Shown here piece after piece: positions 49,601 to 59,997 of a stretch of 64,000 bases of DNA. The translations under genes and the position numbers were made by a program. Within the stretch, counting starts at the first letter, position 1, and each line of letters begins with the position of its first letter. Source of the stretch: Mytilus trossulus. Taxonomy: Eukaryota. The notes beneath the pieces are model-generated. The model searched no databases. It had not been told where the DNA came from and worked only from the letters and a program-made list of their open reading frames with translations. Location: positions 16,244,001 through 16,308,000 of the forward strand of contig NC_086378.1 of NCBI RefSeq assembly GCF_036588685.1. The letters run 5' to 3'.

Positions 49601-52600
49601 TGTGTGGGGAGAACCTCTTTGTTGAAATTCAACTCGGTAAAAATAGTCGATTACTTTCCCTATTGGTTGAGCTTCTGACATGATAACATCCTTCAGAAAC
49701 ATATGAAATCTATGATCAAACATTCTTACTGCTGTAACAGGATTGCTACACAGAACTTTACATTTTTCATCCCATGTCATATTTTCACTATTTCTCGTGT
49801 CACCTTGCTGTTTTAAAATTATGTTTATAATTTCTGACCATCTGAAGTCTGCAGAAGAAAAAGAACAGAAGAATGTGGGAACTCCTAACTGTCTTATCAT
49901 TGCAAATATATCTTTTTGTGAGCTTTGCCAATAGGGAGGAGTTCCACGAATGGGTTTTAAATATTTTATAGCTTCATCTTTCTTAAATAATTCTTTTAAG
50001 GTTTCCTTGTTGCAAAGCATTTCTCTTGTAACTTTCTTTCCTTCTTTCGAAAAAGGACATTGTTTTCTAAGAGATATCTGAACGTTTGAAATCACGCTAC
50101 TGAGCTCTGTTAAATATTGACTGAAAAATATGTAGTTGGTATCTCTAGCAAATCTATTTTCAACACTCATTAATCGAAGATTAAAGTATCTTCCAATTGT
50201 TAGTTTTTCATCACGGTCTTCATCCGAAGTATTTTTACCTGATGGAAAGTGCACAGGAAAGGTTTTAGCTTCAATACCTGGTTCTTTTAGAACACTAAGT
50301 GGATTGTTATTTTCTGCTGGAGCTAAATTAAATACTTGATCAAAGCATAAATCTAAAGCCTCTTGACCTATGTCAGCAGGTTGTAAACAAGTATCTAACT
50401 GAACACCACGTAACCTATCATCAATATAGCTATACTGTTCGCTTTCTTCTTCTCTTTCATTGCTTTCTTTTGAAGACTTTGACATGTTTGACGCATCTTT
50501 CTGTATTTTATTATTCCTGACCGACTCAGTAGAATCAGATTCAGTTTCATCATTCACTACTTCATCATCATTTATCTCAGGAATAGGGTTTATCCATTCG
50601 TCATTGATAGCGACATCTTTATACCATACGTTTGTATCCTTTAAATACACAAGTGCTTGCTCCAAATGGTTTGGTCTTACAAATTGATATTTTTCATAGC
50701 CTTTGTAGTTGAGCTTTCTCTTCAGTTTAACCTTAAGTAAAAGACTTTCATCTTCTGATCGTGGTAGTATTGTTGTAACTTTTGTCAAATCAGACGGCAC
50801 ACAAACTACAGGTCCATGAACCCCTTTTTGTCCTCCTTTTGGTAGAGCCATTATCTTCATGAATGGAATGTTCAGGGCTATAAGTTGTTGCTCTATTGCA
50901 TTTAGCTGTTTTAATTCTAAAGGAACATCTTCAAGCATTAAACCATTTGAAAACGACTCTGCAGGTGTTTTACCTTTTATCATTTTACGATGACAAGTAT
51001 AACATATCCATAGACTTGTTCTGCATGTTCCTTCAAAAGCACAATGAGTATTGCAGTCATCTGAACATTTGTGTTTATATTTCTCTGTTGTGCATGAATC
51101 ATATATAGATTGATCATAGGATCCCTTTTTACAGATTAGAACCTGTTTTTCAAAGAACAGCCTCAAGCAACAGGAACAAACACATTCTGGACCTTTCTGA
51201 ACTGCATCTTTAAATTTTCCGATAACTTCAGTTATTTGTTTGTTTTCCTGTTTTAAATTTTCACGACGTGTTTTGGTTTGTTGTTTAACCTTACATCTAT
51301 GTGAATCATCATCTGCATACTTCTGTATACTTGCTTGTTTAACATGTTCTTTGTGCTTTTCGTCTTCCTTATACTTTTGTACACTGACTTGTTTCACATG
51401 TTCTCTGTGCTTCTCATCTTCCTTATACTTTTGTACACTTACTTGTTTCACATGTTCTTTATGTTTTTCATCTTCCTTATACTTTTGTACACTTACTTGT
51501 TTCACATGTTCTTTATGCTTTTCATCTTCCTTATACTTTTGTACACTAGCTAATTTCACATGTTCTTTGTGGTTTTCATCTTCCTTATACTTTTGTACAC
51601 TAGCTTGTTTCACATGTTCTTTGTGGTTTTCATCTTCCTTATACTTTTGTACACTAGCTTGTTTCACTAGTTTCTTGTGATTTTCATCTTCCTTATACTT
51701 TTGTACACTTGCTTGTTTGACATGTTTCTTGTGTTTTTCATCTTCTTCATATTTATTTATACTAGCTCGTTTCAATTTTTCTCTGTACTCGTCATTTTCT
51801 TGATATTTTTGAATACCAGATTGTATTAAGTTATCTCTGTAATCTTTGTCTTCATGATACTTTTCTTTTCCAGCTCGAATTAAGGAATCTCTGTAATCCT
51901 CATCTGTTTTATATTTCTGAGTTCCAGATTCTATTAACGCATCTCTGTATTCCTTGTCCTCTCGATATTTCTTAATACCTGCTTGCTTTAAATTATCTCT
52001 AAATGTCTGATCTTCTTCATACTTCTTAATTTTTTTTAAACGTGTTCCTTCATTTTCCCAATATTTTCTTTTCAGTGTGGAAGTCTTTCTTGCCTTAAAT
52101 TCCTCATCTTTCCTGTATCTCATCCTTTCTTTTTCAGCTTTTGATAAGACTTTCAATTCATCATTCCAAAAGTTATCAGAATCATTTGTTTTTGAAGTTG
52201 GCACCTCATATTTTCTTTCAAATTCATACTTTTCCCTTCTAACTAGACTAGATAGCATTCTGTTTTGAAACCTTGACTTTTGAGTTACAGCTGTGACAAC
52301 TTCGTAATGATTGATGGCAGTCAGATGTTGAAGATAAATAGCCTGATCATTAATTTTGTTTTTGCTACATAATTGAGATGAAGAATATTTAATCCATGAA
52401 TCATTGAAATAAGTGTAAATGTCAGTTTTAAGCAGGTCTGCACATGCTATAATCTCCAACTCAGTTCCCCATACATTATTTTCGTTCATCTGGAGAGTCT
52501 GTATGTGCTCTTTGACAGTTTTAAATCTTGGCTGTAAAAAAGATTTAAATATTTCTGCATTTCTTATCAAATGATCAACTATAGCTTTTCTTATATTTCC

Positions 52601-54919
52601 AAAAAACTCTTGTCTATTTGAAAGTGCATATGAAATAGCTCGAAACAAACAATTTCCATCACCTGTGGTAGATTTTGTAGCAGAAGGGGGGCCCATATCA
52701 AATATATTATTGGTGATTGTCTTGTGTATATGCTTTGTTGGTATCTTCACAATGAGACAAAGCCTTTTCTTTGCAACAGTGTTTATTGGTTTAAAATCAT
52801 AAGACAAGTCAGTTGCAGACACAATTTCGACATCAGATTCATCCTTGTTCATATCATCAATAAAAGGCACATCTGCATTACTTTCAGAGCTACAGATGTC
52901 AAACATTGGATTTATTTTTTTTGGAAGTTCTGGACTTTTCTCGTTTTTTACGACGACAATTTCAGGTAGCTCATAGTCACTGGTGTCAATTGGTGCATGA
53001 TTTTCAATATCGTTATAGTCAGTGTTGTTCATTTGTTCATGGTTTTCAGGAACTTCATTGTTGTACATAACAGGTTCTCCAACTATAGAGATGCTTACTC
53101 CTGTAACTTCAAACCACTGATTTTGACTGGGTCCTAATACCATGTTGCAACAGTATTGATACAGATGATCTAGGCTGCTCAATTTCAAAAGTAAACTTTT
53201 GCCATTACTGTGCTTTAAACCAAACTCGTTTCTTGCATGTGAATCAAACAAAAAAAAGTCTTGACCATGTTTCAAAGCTAAAAATGAAGTATCATATGCA
53301 CATATAAAGCAAGCATCATAATCTACAAGTGATTCCTGTAAAGCTTGGTCTAATGGCAAAGAATTACCAAATTCACTAAAATCAATGGTTTCAGATGTAT
53401 CTATTACAGCTGATATTGACTCTTTTAGTGTCATTTCCATCAATTTTCCTGAAATATCTAATATTGTTGGTAGGTCGGATATTAATAAGTGATGATTATT
53501 ACCACTAACACGGCTATATAAATCATTTCCATAAATCAGAACCTTATCTAAATATTTTTGATCCCAGTAGGTTAAATCTTTCAATTTACTAAAAGCAAGA
53601 GCTGAACAACAGTTTGCCACACATTGCTTACCACTGTTTAAACCAAACCTTATATCTCCTTGGTGAAAACTACCTTGTACAATTGTATTTCTAATATCTG
53701 ATCTAATAACCTTTACGTAATTCTTAACCACAGCTGTGGTTTTTTTTTTGTTACATTGCGATTTGGATGTAGGTTTGTTCTTTATTTTGTTCTGATATTG
53801 TTCAAATTGAACTATTTCACTATCTGTTTCTGTATATGGACAAATAAGTGAGTTGTGGTTTAGATCTAGTTGTTCAATCAAATGTTTATACTTCTTTTTA
53901 ATAATCCTATTTTCATCCCTTTTTTCAATCTGATTTTGATCCGGTTTTTTTATCTGATTTTCATCCAGTTTTTTAAACAGCTTTTTATCCAGTTTTCCAA
54001 TCCGATTTTTATCCAGTTTTCCAATCCGATTTTTATCCAGTTTTTCAATGCTATTTTTATGAAGTTTTTCAACATGATTCTGGTCTAGTTTTTCAGTCTG
54101 ATTTTGTATATCACTTGTATTTTGATATAGATTATCATCATCTTTATTTCTCACATATTGTTTGTTTGTAGAGCTGAGACTCTGATCTAGTTTTTCATTT
54201 TCATTCTCATATAAATGTTCAATTCTATTCTCTAATATACTTTCTATTTCATTTTCTAATATATTTTCTATTTCATTTTCTAATATATTTTCTATTTCAT
54301 TTTCTAATATATTTTCTATTTCATTTTCTAATATAATCTCGTCTTTTTCTACAGTATATTGACATTCTATAGAGATAATGCTCTCGTCTTCATCTAAATC
54401 ATGACAGTTTTGAGAGATGATGCTCTGATCTAAATCATGACAGTTTTGAGAGATGACGCTCTGATCTAAATCATTACAGTTTTGAGAGATGACGCTCTGA
54501 TCTAAATCATGACAGTTTTGAGAGATGACGCTCTGATCTAAATCATGGCAGTTTTGAGAGATGATGCTTTGATCTAAATCATGACAGTTTTGAGAGATGA
54601 TGCTCTGATCTAAATCATGACAGTTTTGAAAGATGATGCTCTGATCTAAATCATGACAGTTTTGAGAGATGACACTCTGATCTAAATCATGACAGTTTTG
54701 AGAGATGACGCTCTGATCTAAATCATGACAGTTTTGAGAGATGACGCTCTGATCTAAATCATGACAGTTTTGAGAGATGTTGCTCTGTTCTTTAATATTT
54801 GATTGGTTGTTGCACTGACCATCTCTAAAATTATTATTTTTTTCCTGTGTCCTCTTTCTCATTCTTTCTTTATTTTCTTTCAACTTGGTACTTCTTGCCT
54901 TTTTACTTTTCTTAGGCAT
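46571..54919 (-). CDS. Helitron Rep/Helicase polyprotein (~2782 aa): repeats, herpes-tegument-type DUB, OTU, Cys-rich region, HUH Rep, PIF1 helicase
   Basis: DUB motifs QGSFHQG..GKQCVANC..FDSH; OTU GDGNCLFRA..WG..HY; Rep TFFCSFSSAD, RVEFQQRGSPHTHC and YIISYISK; helicase GGAGTGKS, IIDEISMV, GDFYQLPPV, TIHKVQG and YVALSRV. The first ATG (MPKKSKK, 54919) lies 3 nt after a strong acceptor ttttcttttttcag. Confidence 0.97.
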   Translation of the reverse strand: MPKKSKKARSTKLKENKERMRKRTQEKNNNFRDGQCNNQSNIKEQSNISQNCHDLDQSVISQNCHDLDQSVISQNCHDLDQSVISQNCHDLDQSIIFQNCHDLDQSIISQNCHDLDQSIISQNCHDLDQSVISQNCHDLDQSVISQNCNDLDQSVISQNCHDLDQSIISQNCHDLDEDESIISIECQYTVEKDEIILENEIENILENEIENILENEIENILENEIESILENRIEHLYENENEKLDQSLSSTNKQYVRNKDDDNLYQNTSDIQNQTEKLDQNHVEKLHKNSIEKLDKNRIGKLDKNRIGKLDKKLFKKLDENQIKKPDQNQIEKRDENRIIKKKYKHLIEQLDLNHNSLICPYTETDSEIVQFEQYQNKIKNKPTSKSQCNKKKTTAVVKNYVKVIRSDIRNTIVQGSFHQGDIRFGLNSGKQCVANCCSALAFSKLKDLTYWDQKYLDKVLIYGNDLYSRVSGNNHHLLISDLPTILDISGKLMEMTLKESISAVIDTSETIDFSEFGNSLPLDQALQESLVDYDACFICAYDTSFLALKHGQDFFLFDSHARNEFGLKHSNGKSLLLKLSSLDHLYQYCCNMVLGPSQNQWFEVTGVSISIVGEPVMYNNEVPENHEQMNNTDYNDIENHAPIDTSDYELPEIVVVKNEKSPELPKKINPMFDICSSESNADVPFIDDMNKDESDVEIVSATDLSYDFKPINTVAKKRLCLIVKIPTKHIHKTITNNIFDMGPPSATKSTTGDGNCLFRAISYALSNRQEFFGNIRKAIVDHLIRNAEIFKSFLQPRFKTVKEHIQTLQMNENNVWGTELEIIACADLLKTDIYTYFNDSWIKYSSSQLCSKNKINDQAIYLQHLTAINHYEVVTAVTQKSRFQNRMLSSLVRREKYEFERKYEVPTSKTNDSDNFWNDELKVLSKAEKERMRYRKDEEFKARKTSTLKRKYWENEGTRLKKIKKYEEDQTFRDNLKQAGIKKYREDKEYRDALIESGTQKYKTDEDYRDSLIRAGKEKYHEDKDYRDNLIQSGIQKYQENDEYREKLKRASINKYEEDEKHKKHVKQASVQKYKEDENHKKLVKQASVQKYKEDENHKEHVKQASVQKYKEDENHKEHVKLASVQKYKEDEKHKEHVKQVSVQKYKEDEKHKEHVKQVSVQKYKEDEKHREHVKQVSVQKYKEDEKHKEHVKQASIQKYADDDSHRCKVKQQTKTRRENLKQENKQITEVIGKFKDAVQKGPECVCSCCLRLFFEKQVLICKKGSYDQSIYDSCTTEKYKHKCSDDCNTHCAFEGTCRTSLWICYTCHRKMIKGKTPAESFSNGLMLEDVPLELKQLNAIEQQLIALNIPFMKIMALPKGGQKGVHGPVVCVPSDLTKVTTILPRSEDESLLLKVKLKRKLNYKGYEKYQFVRPNHLEQALVYLKDTNVWYKDVAINDEWINPIPEINDDEVVNDETESDSTESVRNNKIQKDASNMSKSSKESNEREEESEQYSYIDDRLRGVQLDTCLQPADIGQEALDLCFDQVFNLAPAENNNPLSVLKEPGIEAKTFPVHFPSGKNTSDEDRDEKLTIGRYFNLRLMSVENRFARDTNYIFFSQYLTELSSVISNVQISLRKQCPFSKEGKKVTREMLCNKETLKELFKKDEAIKYLKPIRGTPPYWQSSQKDIFAMIRQLGVPTFFCSFSSADFRWSEIINIILKQQGDTRNSENMTWDEKCKVLCSNPVTAVRMFDHRFHMFLKDVIMSEAQPIGKVIDYFYRVEFQQRGSPHTHCLFWVENAPKFGEDDIDDIITFIDKYITCEIPDEKEDKELHDIVMAVHQHSKKHSKSCKKKGTVCRFNFPRPPSTRTFISEPSDPDEDSKDDEELAKEILSDLWEVIKKHEDENLDVSEIFKKIGLAQESFETYYRFITNRNTVVLKRQPNEIYTNQYNPHLLRAWDANMDIQYILDAFSCVVYIISYISKAERELGLLLQQTKNEAEEGNLNAQQTMKKVGTSYLHHREISAQEAVFRVTGLRLRECSRKVEFIPVGENPCRMSVPLKDLEKQQNCKSSKRKRHNSDSEDEDEDENSTWMNNIVDRYKGRPHIDIFIKLCLARFTSEYSVILESQLPQKINKDTTFKLDGSLGYIRKRTRTSPAVIKYPRFSPENSPEKYYQSILQLYLPYRYDEQLKPLLFQTYENFFTCGRVKFQGDNTLSSVKEIVIKNMSDFVKNGHDLEEAEKQFHEKDPKEDAWCELCPEAEVNRRECIDEGKVSSVIEEDLSIPDLNEKSSSSVGTNLLSVSLTKNEVIPRLRSLNVKQRRILYKVRDWCIQKANGKTPEPLHLFITGGAGTGKSHLIKCIQYEATRILAQTTNNPDDLTVLLTAPTGTAAFNIHGLTIHSALGIFKSLSPDHATLSEDKINSLRSKLEHLQILIIDEISMVNKKLLFFVHERLRQVKKRPDNCLFGGVSIIAVGDFYQLPPVRTKRVDKLYVDDPSNPSNQLWNGLFEIAELDEIMRQREDGMFAELLNRLRVKQKNESLSSSDKKTLQHCFGDSPDEALHIYSTNAEVDTFNKEMIMKQCTESKLIEAQDFQKDKTSGKLTLKKVHCLKSDVCLPISILLAEGARVMLIKNEDTADGLVNGVMGTVISIKDFSPNSLPSIIYVHFDNERVGRNAKVQKLISGKHCVGLKPSSEDIPLSNCVRKQFPLKLAWACTIHKVQGLTVEECVVDLNKCFTYGQAYVALSRVTSKSGLHIESIEAEKIDKKIFCDPDIVKGVSEMTNFCLKWRIQQRNIHNLSR
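51300..52030 (-). repeat. Coding 54-nt (18-aa) tandem repeat KYKEDEKHKEHVKQASVQ
   Basis: About 8-9 near-identical units plus several diverged ones (KYxEDxxYRDxLIxxG), all in frame. Confidence 0.95.
53890..54340 (-). repeat. Coding 24-nt (8-aa) repeats ILENEIEN and EKLDKNRI-like
   Basis: Visible in the translation and in the DNA, for example repeated ATTTTCTAATATATTTTCTATTTC. Confidence 0.9.
54385..54785 (-). repeat. Coding 36-nt (12-aa) tandem repeat SVISQNCHDLDQ, 11 copies
   Basis: CTCTGATCTAAATCATGACAGTTTTGAGAGATGACG units arranged head to tail. Confidence 0.95.
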
Positions 54920-55284
54920 TATCTGAAAAAAGAAAATATGTATTATATTATTCCATATCTTACATTTTAGTTTCTCAAAAAATAGAAACAGATTCATGAT
55001 TGTACTGTGTTCCACAATCAGCCTACTGTATAGTATGCTTAGAAAATACAAATTGCCCTGTGATAACAAATACCTTCAATGCAATGGTTCTATATATATA
55101 TAAAATAGAAACGACTTATAATCGATGACCCAAGAAAAGATCACATTATTAAAAACCCTATACCAGTACTTTTTTACCCAGTCATAACCAAGAAATATGC
55201 CACAGATAAATTTCCAATCATTAGGCATCTGTGTATAGGATATTTATAGATTATTCAATTTTTTTTCTTTATAAAAATTGGGAT

Positions 55285-57022
55285 TGTATCCATGGCACGT
55301 AAATGATGCCCCCAATTGCATATCTTATAAAGTTACAAATGGACATACCTGAAGAAAGGTAAAAGTGACACTACACAAAGGTTTTGGCCCAAGAAAATAA
55401 AATGCTTGACAAATTTTTCAAATTGTCATATAATGTTTAGAAATGCATAGGGTCAAGAAATATAAATGAAAAAAAGATTTTTGTCTGATGCGGTCACAAT
55501 TATTGTCATAATATGTACTGTTATCATAAAAACGATGAAAAATTCAGAATTTATGCAGTTTTATAACTGAATTTTGGTTGTGGAAACATCTTGCACAGCT
55601 AAGAAACAACAAAATAATTTAACAGAAGCTTTATTATAACTGTTGCCATCATCTTACCAAATATAAAGTTATTTCTTGTGTTCGCACATACTTTTTCAAA
55701 CCAAAATATACTTATAATTTTATGAAAAATAAGAAAAATCACAAATTTTGACAAAATACGCAAATTAAATCATGATTTGTTGCCATGGTAAATTGTTCAA
55801 TGTCAAATTTGTTAAGTTTTTCTAATATATTGTACCTTAGTCAAGTTTTCATTGATTTAAGGGTATGTATGATTACTTTAAAATTTGTAGTATTTTTTGG
55901 GCCTTATTGCCCTAGTCCTTTGTACTTCAAACTTGATCTGAGTTTTGTTGTAATAAGCATAGTGTATACGTTTAGTGACGTTTGGTTGAGGCAAATTCAA
56001 ATTAGGGAACGGAAATCAAAATGTCGGCAATATTTCTATTTGTAAAGGGGCATTACTCTAGAACAAGGAAAATGACACCACCAAAATTCTAATTTAATCA
56101 GTGTTTTGTTATCATATGCATTGTGTATAAGTCCCATCACATTTGGTTCAGACAAACTAAAGTAAGAAGGGAAATAAAATTTGACATTTTTTTCATTTGT
56201 AAAGGAGCAAAACTCTAGAATAGTTTAAGTGACACCACCGAAATTCGAGCTTGATCTGTATTTTGTGTTTTTAAGCAAGGTGTAAAAGTTCCATAACTTT
56301 TTATTTATGCAAACTGAAGTAAGAGAACCGAAAGGAACAATTGAGCAATTTTTCCATTTGTAAAGGGACATAACTCTAGAATGATTTAATTGACACCACA
56401 AAAATTTGAACTTGATATGTATTTTGTGTATATATTTTTAAAGCATTGTGTTTAAGTTTCATAACATTCATGACATTTGGTTTAGGAAAACTGAAGTTAG
56501 AGAACAGAAACATAAAATTCAGCATTTTTTCCATTTGTAAAGGGCACAACTCTAGAACGGTTAAAGTGACAACATCAAAATTTGAATTTGATCTCAGTTC
56601 GGTAAAAATTAGCATTGTGTATTTTAAAATCAATCAGATCCAGGACCTATCCAGTATATCTTATCAAAATCCTTTGTTTTTAATTCAATTTTCTATTTGC
56701 ATACATTTAGAATAATTAAAAGCTGATAAACTCAGTGTATGATAAATTAATATTTCCGGTTATAGAATACATTCTTCAGCATTTATTTCCATATTTTTCT
56801 AGAAATTTACAATTGAATGTTTGTAGTATAATTATTGTGTCTGTATTAAAAAAGGAGTTTCGGTTATGGTCATGTAGACCTAGGCTTATCCTCATCAGTG
56901 TATAAGTTTCATAACATTTATTTGAGGCAAACTTGAGTTAGAGAAAAGAAACCAACTTTGGGACGTACGGATGGACAAGGGTAAAACTTAATGCCCTTCC
57001 ATTTAGGCAGGAGCATTAAAAT
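55285..57022. mobile_element. HINE-like element with ~160-bp tandem core repeats and nested insertions
   Basis: Cores TTGATCTG..TTTTG...CCATTTGTAAAGGG..AACTCTAGAA..GACACCAC repeat across 55920-56625. The right end has GGAC repeats and ATGCCC...GGAGCAT-TAAAA. Confidence 0.7.
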
Positions 57023-57279
57023 AATGATTAAGCGATGAAGTTGTCAAAAAAAAAGCACTCATTGTCAAATGCATGGACAAAACAATTTTAACATTCAACT
57101 GTCACTAGAGAAGTGTGGAGCAGTAAGTCTGCTTAAATAATAATGACAATACCATTCATTAATCATGTTAACTATACTTTTCACTAAAAGCCAGATAATA
57201 TTGAGATATTGAATAGGTCAATCCTGACTTTTGATTTGGGGTGAAGTTAATCTATCTCATCACAGAAGATCTTATAATA

Positions 57280-57402
57280 AACTCATCATAGATACCAGGA
57301 TTGAAATTATATGTGTGTGCCAGAATTATTTCATCGGTGACCCTTGATAAAAAAAAAAAGAAGATAAAAAGGCCAAATAAAGTACAAAGTTGAAGAGTTC
57401 AT
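57280..57402 (-). repeat. Penelope/hammerhead-associated repeat with the ribozyme core deleted
   Basis: The reverse complement matches the flanks of 16600-16730 (CTCTTCAACTTTGTACTT...GTCAC.GATGA...CTGGCA...AATCCTGGTA). Confidence 0.6.
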
Positions 57403-58004
57403 TTTTTTCAATGTAACAATGTTGTGTCTCAATACTGAAATGGCTCTTTATCAAATAGTTGCATAATAGAAGGAATCAAAACACACACAGTTTTTCTCAC
57501 ATACAGATGTATCATTTCCCCAAAAGTCCATTTGCTCTGGGACAAGCGTTCATACATGTATGCCTTTGCTTCTTCCAATGTTTATTTACAACCACAAACA
57601 AAATAATATTATTAAGAATAAAATATTTAATTCATCTACAATATATTCTTCTTGATTTTCAAATGATTCCTACCAAGTCTAATCTGTATATGTATCCAGG
57701 AAGATAACCAAAATTAATTCAAGGACTTCACTGTGACCTATGAATGAAAAAGTATTAAAATATATAGCAAATAAATTAGCAAAATCAATCATGACAATCT
57801 AATTTTTTTTGGATTGTTTTATCTTCTGTGTGTTTGTTAATAAAAAAAAACCCTCTAAAATGAATGTTTGTTTGCCTTGCTTTATAAAGATGTCAAAAAA
57901 TGATTACTCTTATATCTGGTATACCTATTTAATCTTGTTCAGTTAGTTGAAAACAATTAGTTAAATCAATACTGAATTTTAAGAAATGTTGATTTATCAA
58001 TATT

Positions 58005-58300
58005 ATGTATGTGCCTGTGCCAAGTTTATATGAGGCTGTAAATCAGGGGTTGTTATTTGTTGCTGTGTAACACATTTGTTTTTGTACATTATTTGTACAT
58101 AAAACAGAGTGTTTGTCTTTTTTTGTTGGAGTTGTTTAACATTTGTCCTTTGGTGGCTTTTATAGCTGACTATGTGGTATAGGCTATGTTGATTTTTGAA
58201 GACCATACAGTCACCTACAGTTGTTAATTTTTGTGTCATATCGACTCTTATGGAGAGTTGTCTTAATGGTAATCATACCACATCTAATGAGTTTTATATT
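58005..58300 (+). repeat. Dispersed SINE-like repeat with a twister 3' half and a structured motif
   Basis: TGTGCCTGTGCCAAGT..., then TGACTATGTGGT...TTTGAAG-ACCATACAGTCA stem, then a GAGAGTTGTCT...CATACCACATCT tail also seen at about 32110-32142. Confidence 0.6.
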
Positions 58301-58892
58301 AACTAATGTTTTGTCAAAATGAGCCTTTCATTTGTTTTATAAATTTCTATTTTAACCATGTTTGAAGACTGATGGGGTGGGGTTTTCAAGCTCAATTTTA
58401 AGAGATGATCATAAGTTATACTCAAAACCAAGTTTGGTTGTATGGTTGTCACATATGTTAGTGATAATTTTCCCGTATTTAAATTTCCCTTCTACCTTCT
58501 GCCATAAAGCAAATTTGTTGAAACCATACAGATTCATGAAATATATAAATAAAAAAAAGATCATTAAAAGACTCATTAAAACAAATAGCGAAAGAACCCT
58601 TTATCTCTGGCTTGAGAAGACTGCTGCAAGCGTAAATATGCAATGTCAAATACCAAAAAGAAGAAAAAAATACTCAATATAATGATATATACAATATATA
58701 AAAACAAAAAAATACTTGAATGTGTTCTTTAGCTGCTATTTGTTGTTCATGGAAAGCCTATGTCAAAGTTTTGTAAAATTTGTTGAAAATCCCTAGATCA
58801 GTAAAATGCAAGGAAATGAAAAAAGTATTTTGAAAACTTTGATTCAGATATTGTCTCTTATAAACCTAAACAAGTTTCTGTCAAAACTTCAT

Positions 58893-59997
58893 AAACTAGA
58901 TGCTCTAAAGAGCCTGTGTTGCTCACCTTGGTCTATGTGAATATTCAACAAAGGACACAGATGGATTCATGACCAAATTGTGTTTTGGTGATTGTGATGT
59001 GTTTGTAGATCTTACTTTACTGAACATTCTTGCTGCATACAATTATCCCTATCTTTAATGATTGGCCCAGTAGTTTCAGTGGAAAATGTTGGTAAAAATT
59101 TTCAAATTTTATGAAAATTGTTTAAAATTGACTATAAAGGGCAATAACTCCTTAGGGGGTCTTGATTGTGGCTAAGTATGATTTTATTTGGCTCAGTAGT
59201 TTCAAAGGAGAAGATTTTTGTAAAAAATAACTAAGATTTACGTACTAGAGGCTCTAAAGAGCCTGTGTCGCTCACCTCGCTCTATGTGCATATTAAACAA
59301 AGGACACAAATGGATTCATGACAAAATTGTAGGTGATGGTGATGTGTTTGAAGTTCTTACTTTACTGAACGTTCTTGCTTCTTACAATTATATCTATAAT
59401 GAACCTTGCCCAATAGTAACAGAGAAAAATATTTGGTAAAAATTTACATAAATTTACCGAATTAATGAAAATTGTTAAAAATTGACTATAAAGGGCAATA
59501 ACTCCTAAAGGGGTCAACTGACCATTTTGGTCCTGTTGACTTATTTGTAGATCTTACTTTGCTGAACATTTTTGCTGTTTACAGTTTATCTCTATTTATA
59601 ATAATATTCAAGATAATAACAAAAAACAGCAAAATTTCCAATTCAGGAGCAGCAACCCAACAACCAGTTGTCCAATTCATCTGCAAATTTCAGAGTAAAT
59701 AGATCTTGACCTGATTAACAATTTTATCCCATGTCAGATTAGTTCTAAATGCTTTGGTTTTTGAGTTACAATCCAAAAACTGCATTTTTTTTTAGCCATG
59801 GCAGCCATCTTGGTTGGTTGGCCATGTCACCTGACACAATTTTTAAACTAGATAGCCTAATGATGATTGTGGCCAAGTTTTATTTTATTTGGCCGAGGAG
59901 TTTCAGAGAAGAAGATTTTTGTAAAAGTTAACGACGACAACGGACGCCAAGTGATGAGAAAAGCTCACTTGGCCCTTTGGGCCAGGTGAGCTAAAAA
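58893..59997 (-). mobile_element. HINE/DINE-1-like element with a duplicated 3' end
   Basis: The ACTAGA(G)GCTCTAAAGAGCC hairpin and GCTCACCT sub-TIR occur at 58895 and again at 59244. The other end is AGCTCACTTGGCCCTTTGGGCCAGGTGAGCTAAAAA, next to a GAC microsatellite. Confidence 0.85.

Larger units (their letters stand above)
44661..54922 (-). mobile_element. Autonomous endonuclease-bearing Helitron (Helentron/Helitron2); 5' end not identified
   Basis: Rep/helicase ORF, APE endonuclease ORF and candidate 3' terminal palindrome. Confidence 0.9.

Noticed and set aside
53100-53685. Integrated herpesvirus suggested by the tegument-type DUB domain
   Set aside because: The domain is fused in frame to a Helitron Rep/helicase, and no capsid, terminase or polymerase genes are present.
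46554-54088. Many plus-strand ORFs overlapping the Helentron ORF
   Set aside because: They are antisense shadows of a long coding frame and its repeats (Ser/Phe/Leu-rich, no motifs).
54385-54785. 36-bp repeats as a CRISPR array
   Set aside because: The units are head to tail with no unique spacers, code in frame, and sit in a eukaryotic context with no cas genes.
54920-55069. N-terminal 50 aa of the 2832-aa ORF call (TTG start)
   Set aside because: It runs through a polypyrimidine tract and AG acceptor, so it is intronic read-through. The likely start is the ATG at 54919.
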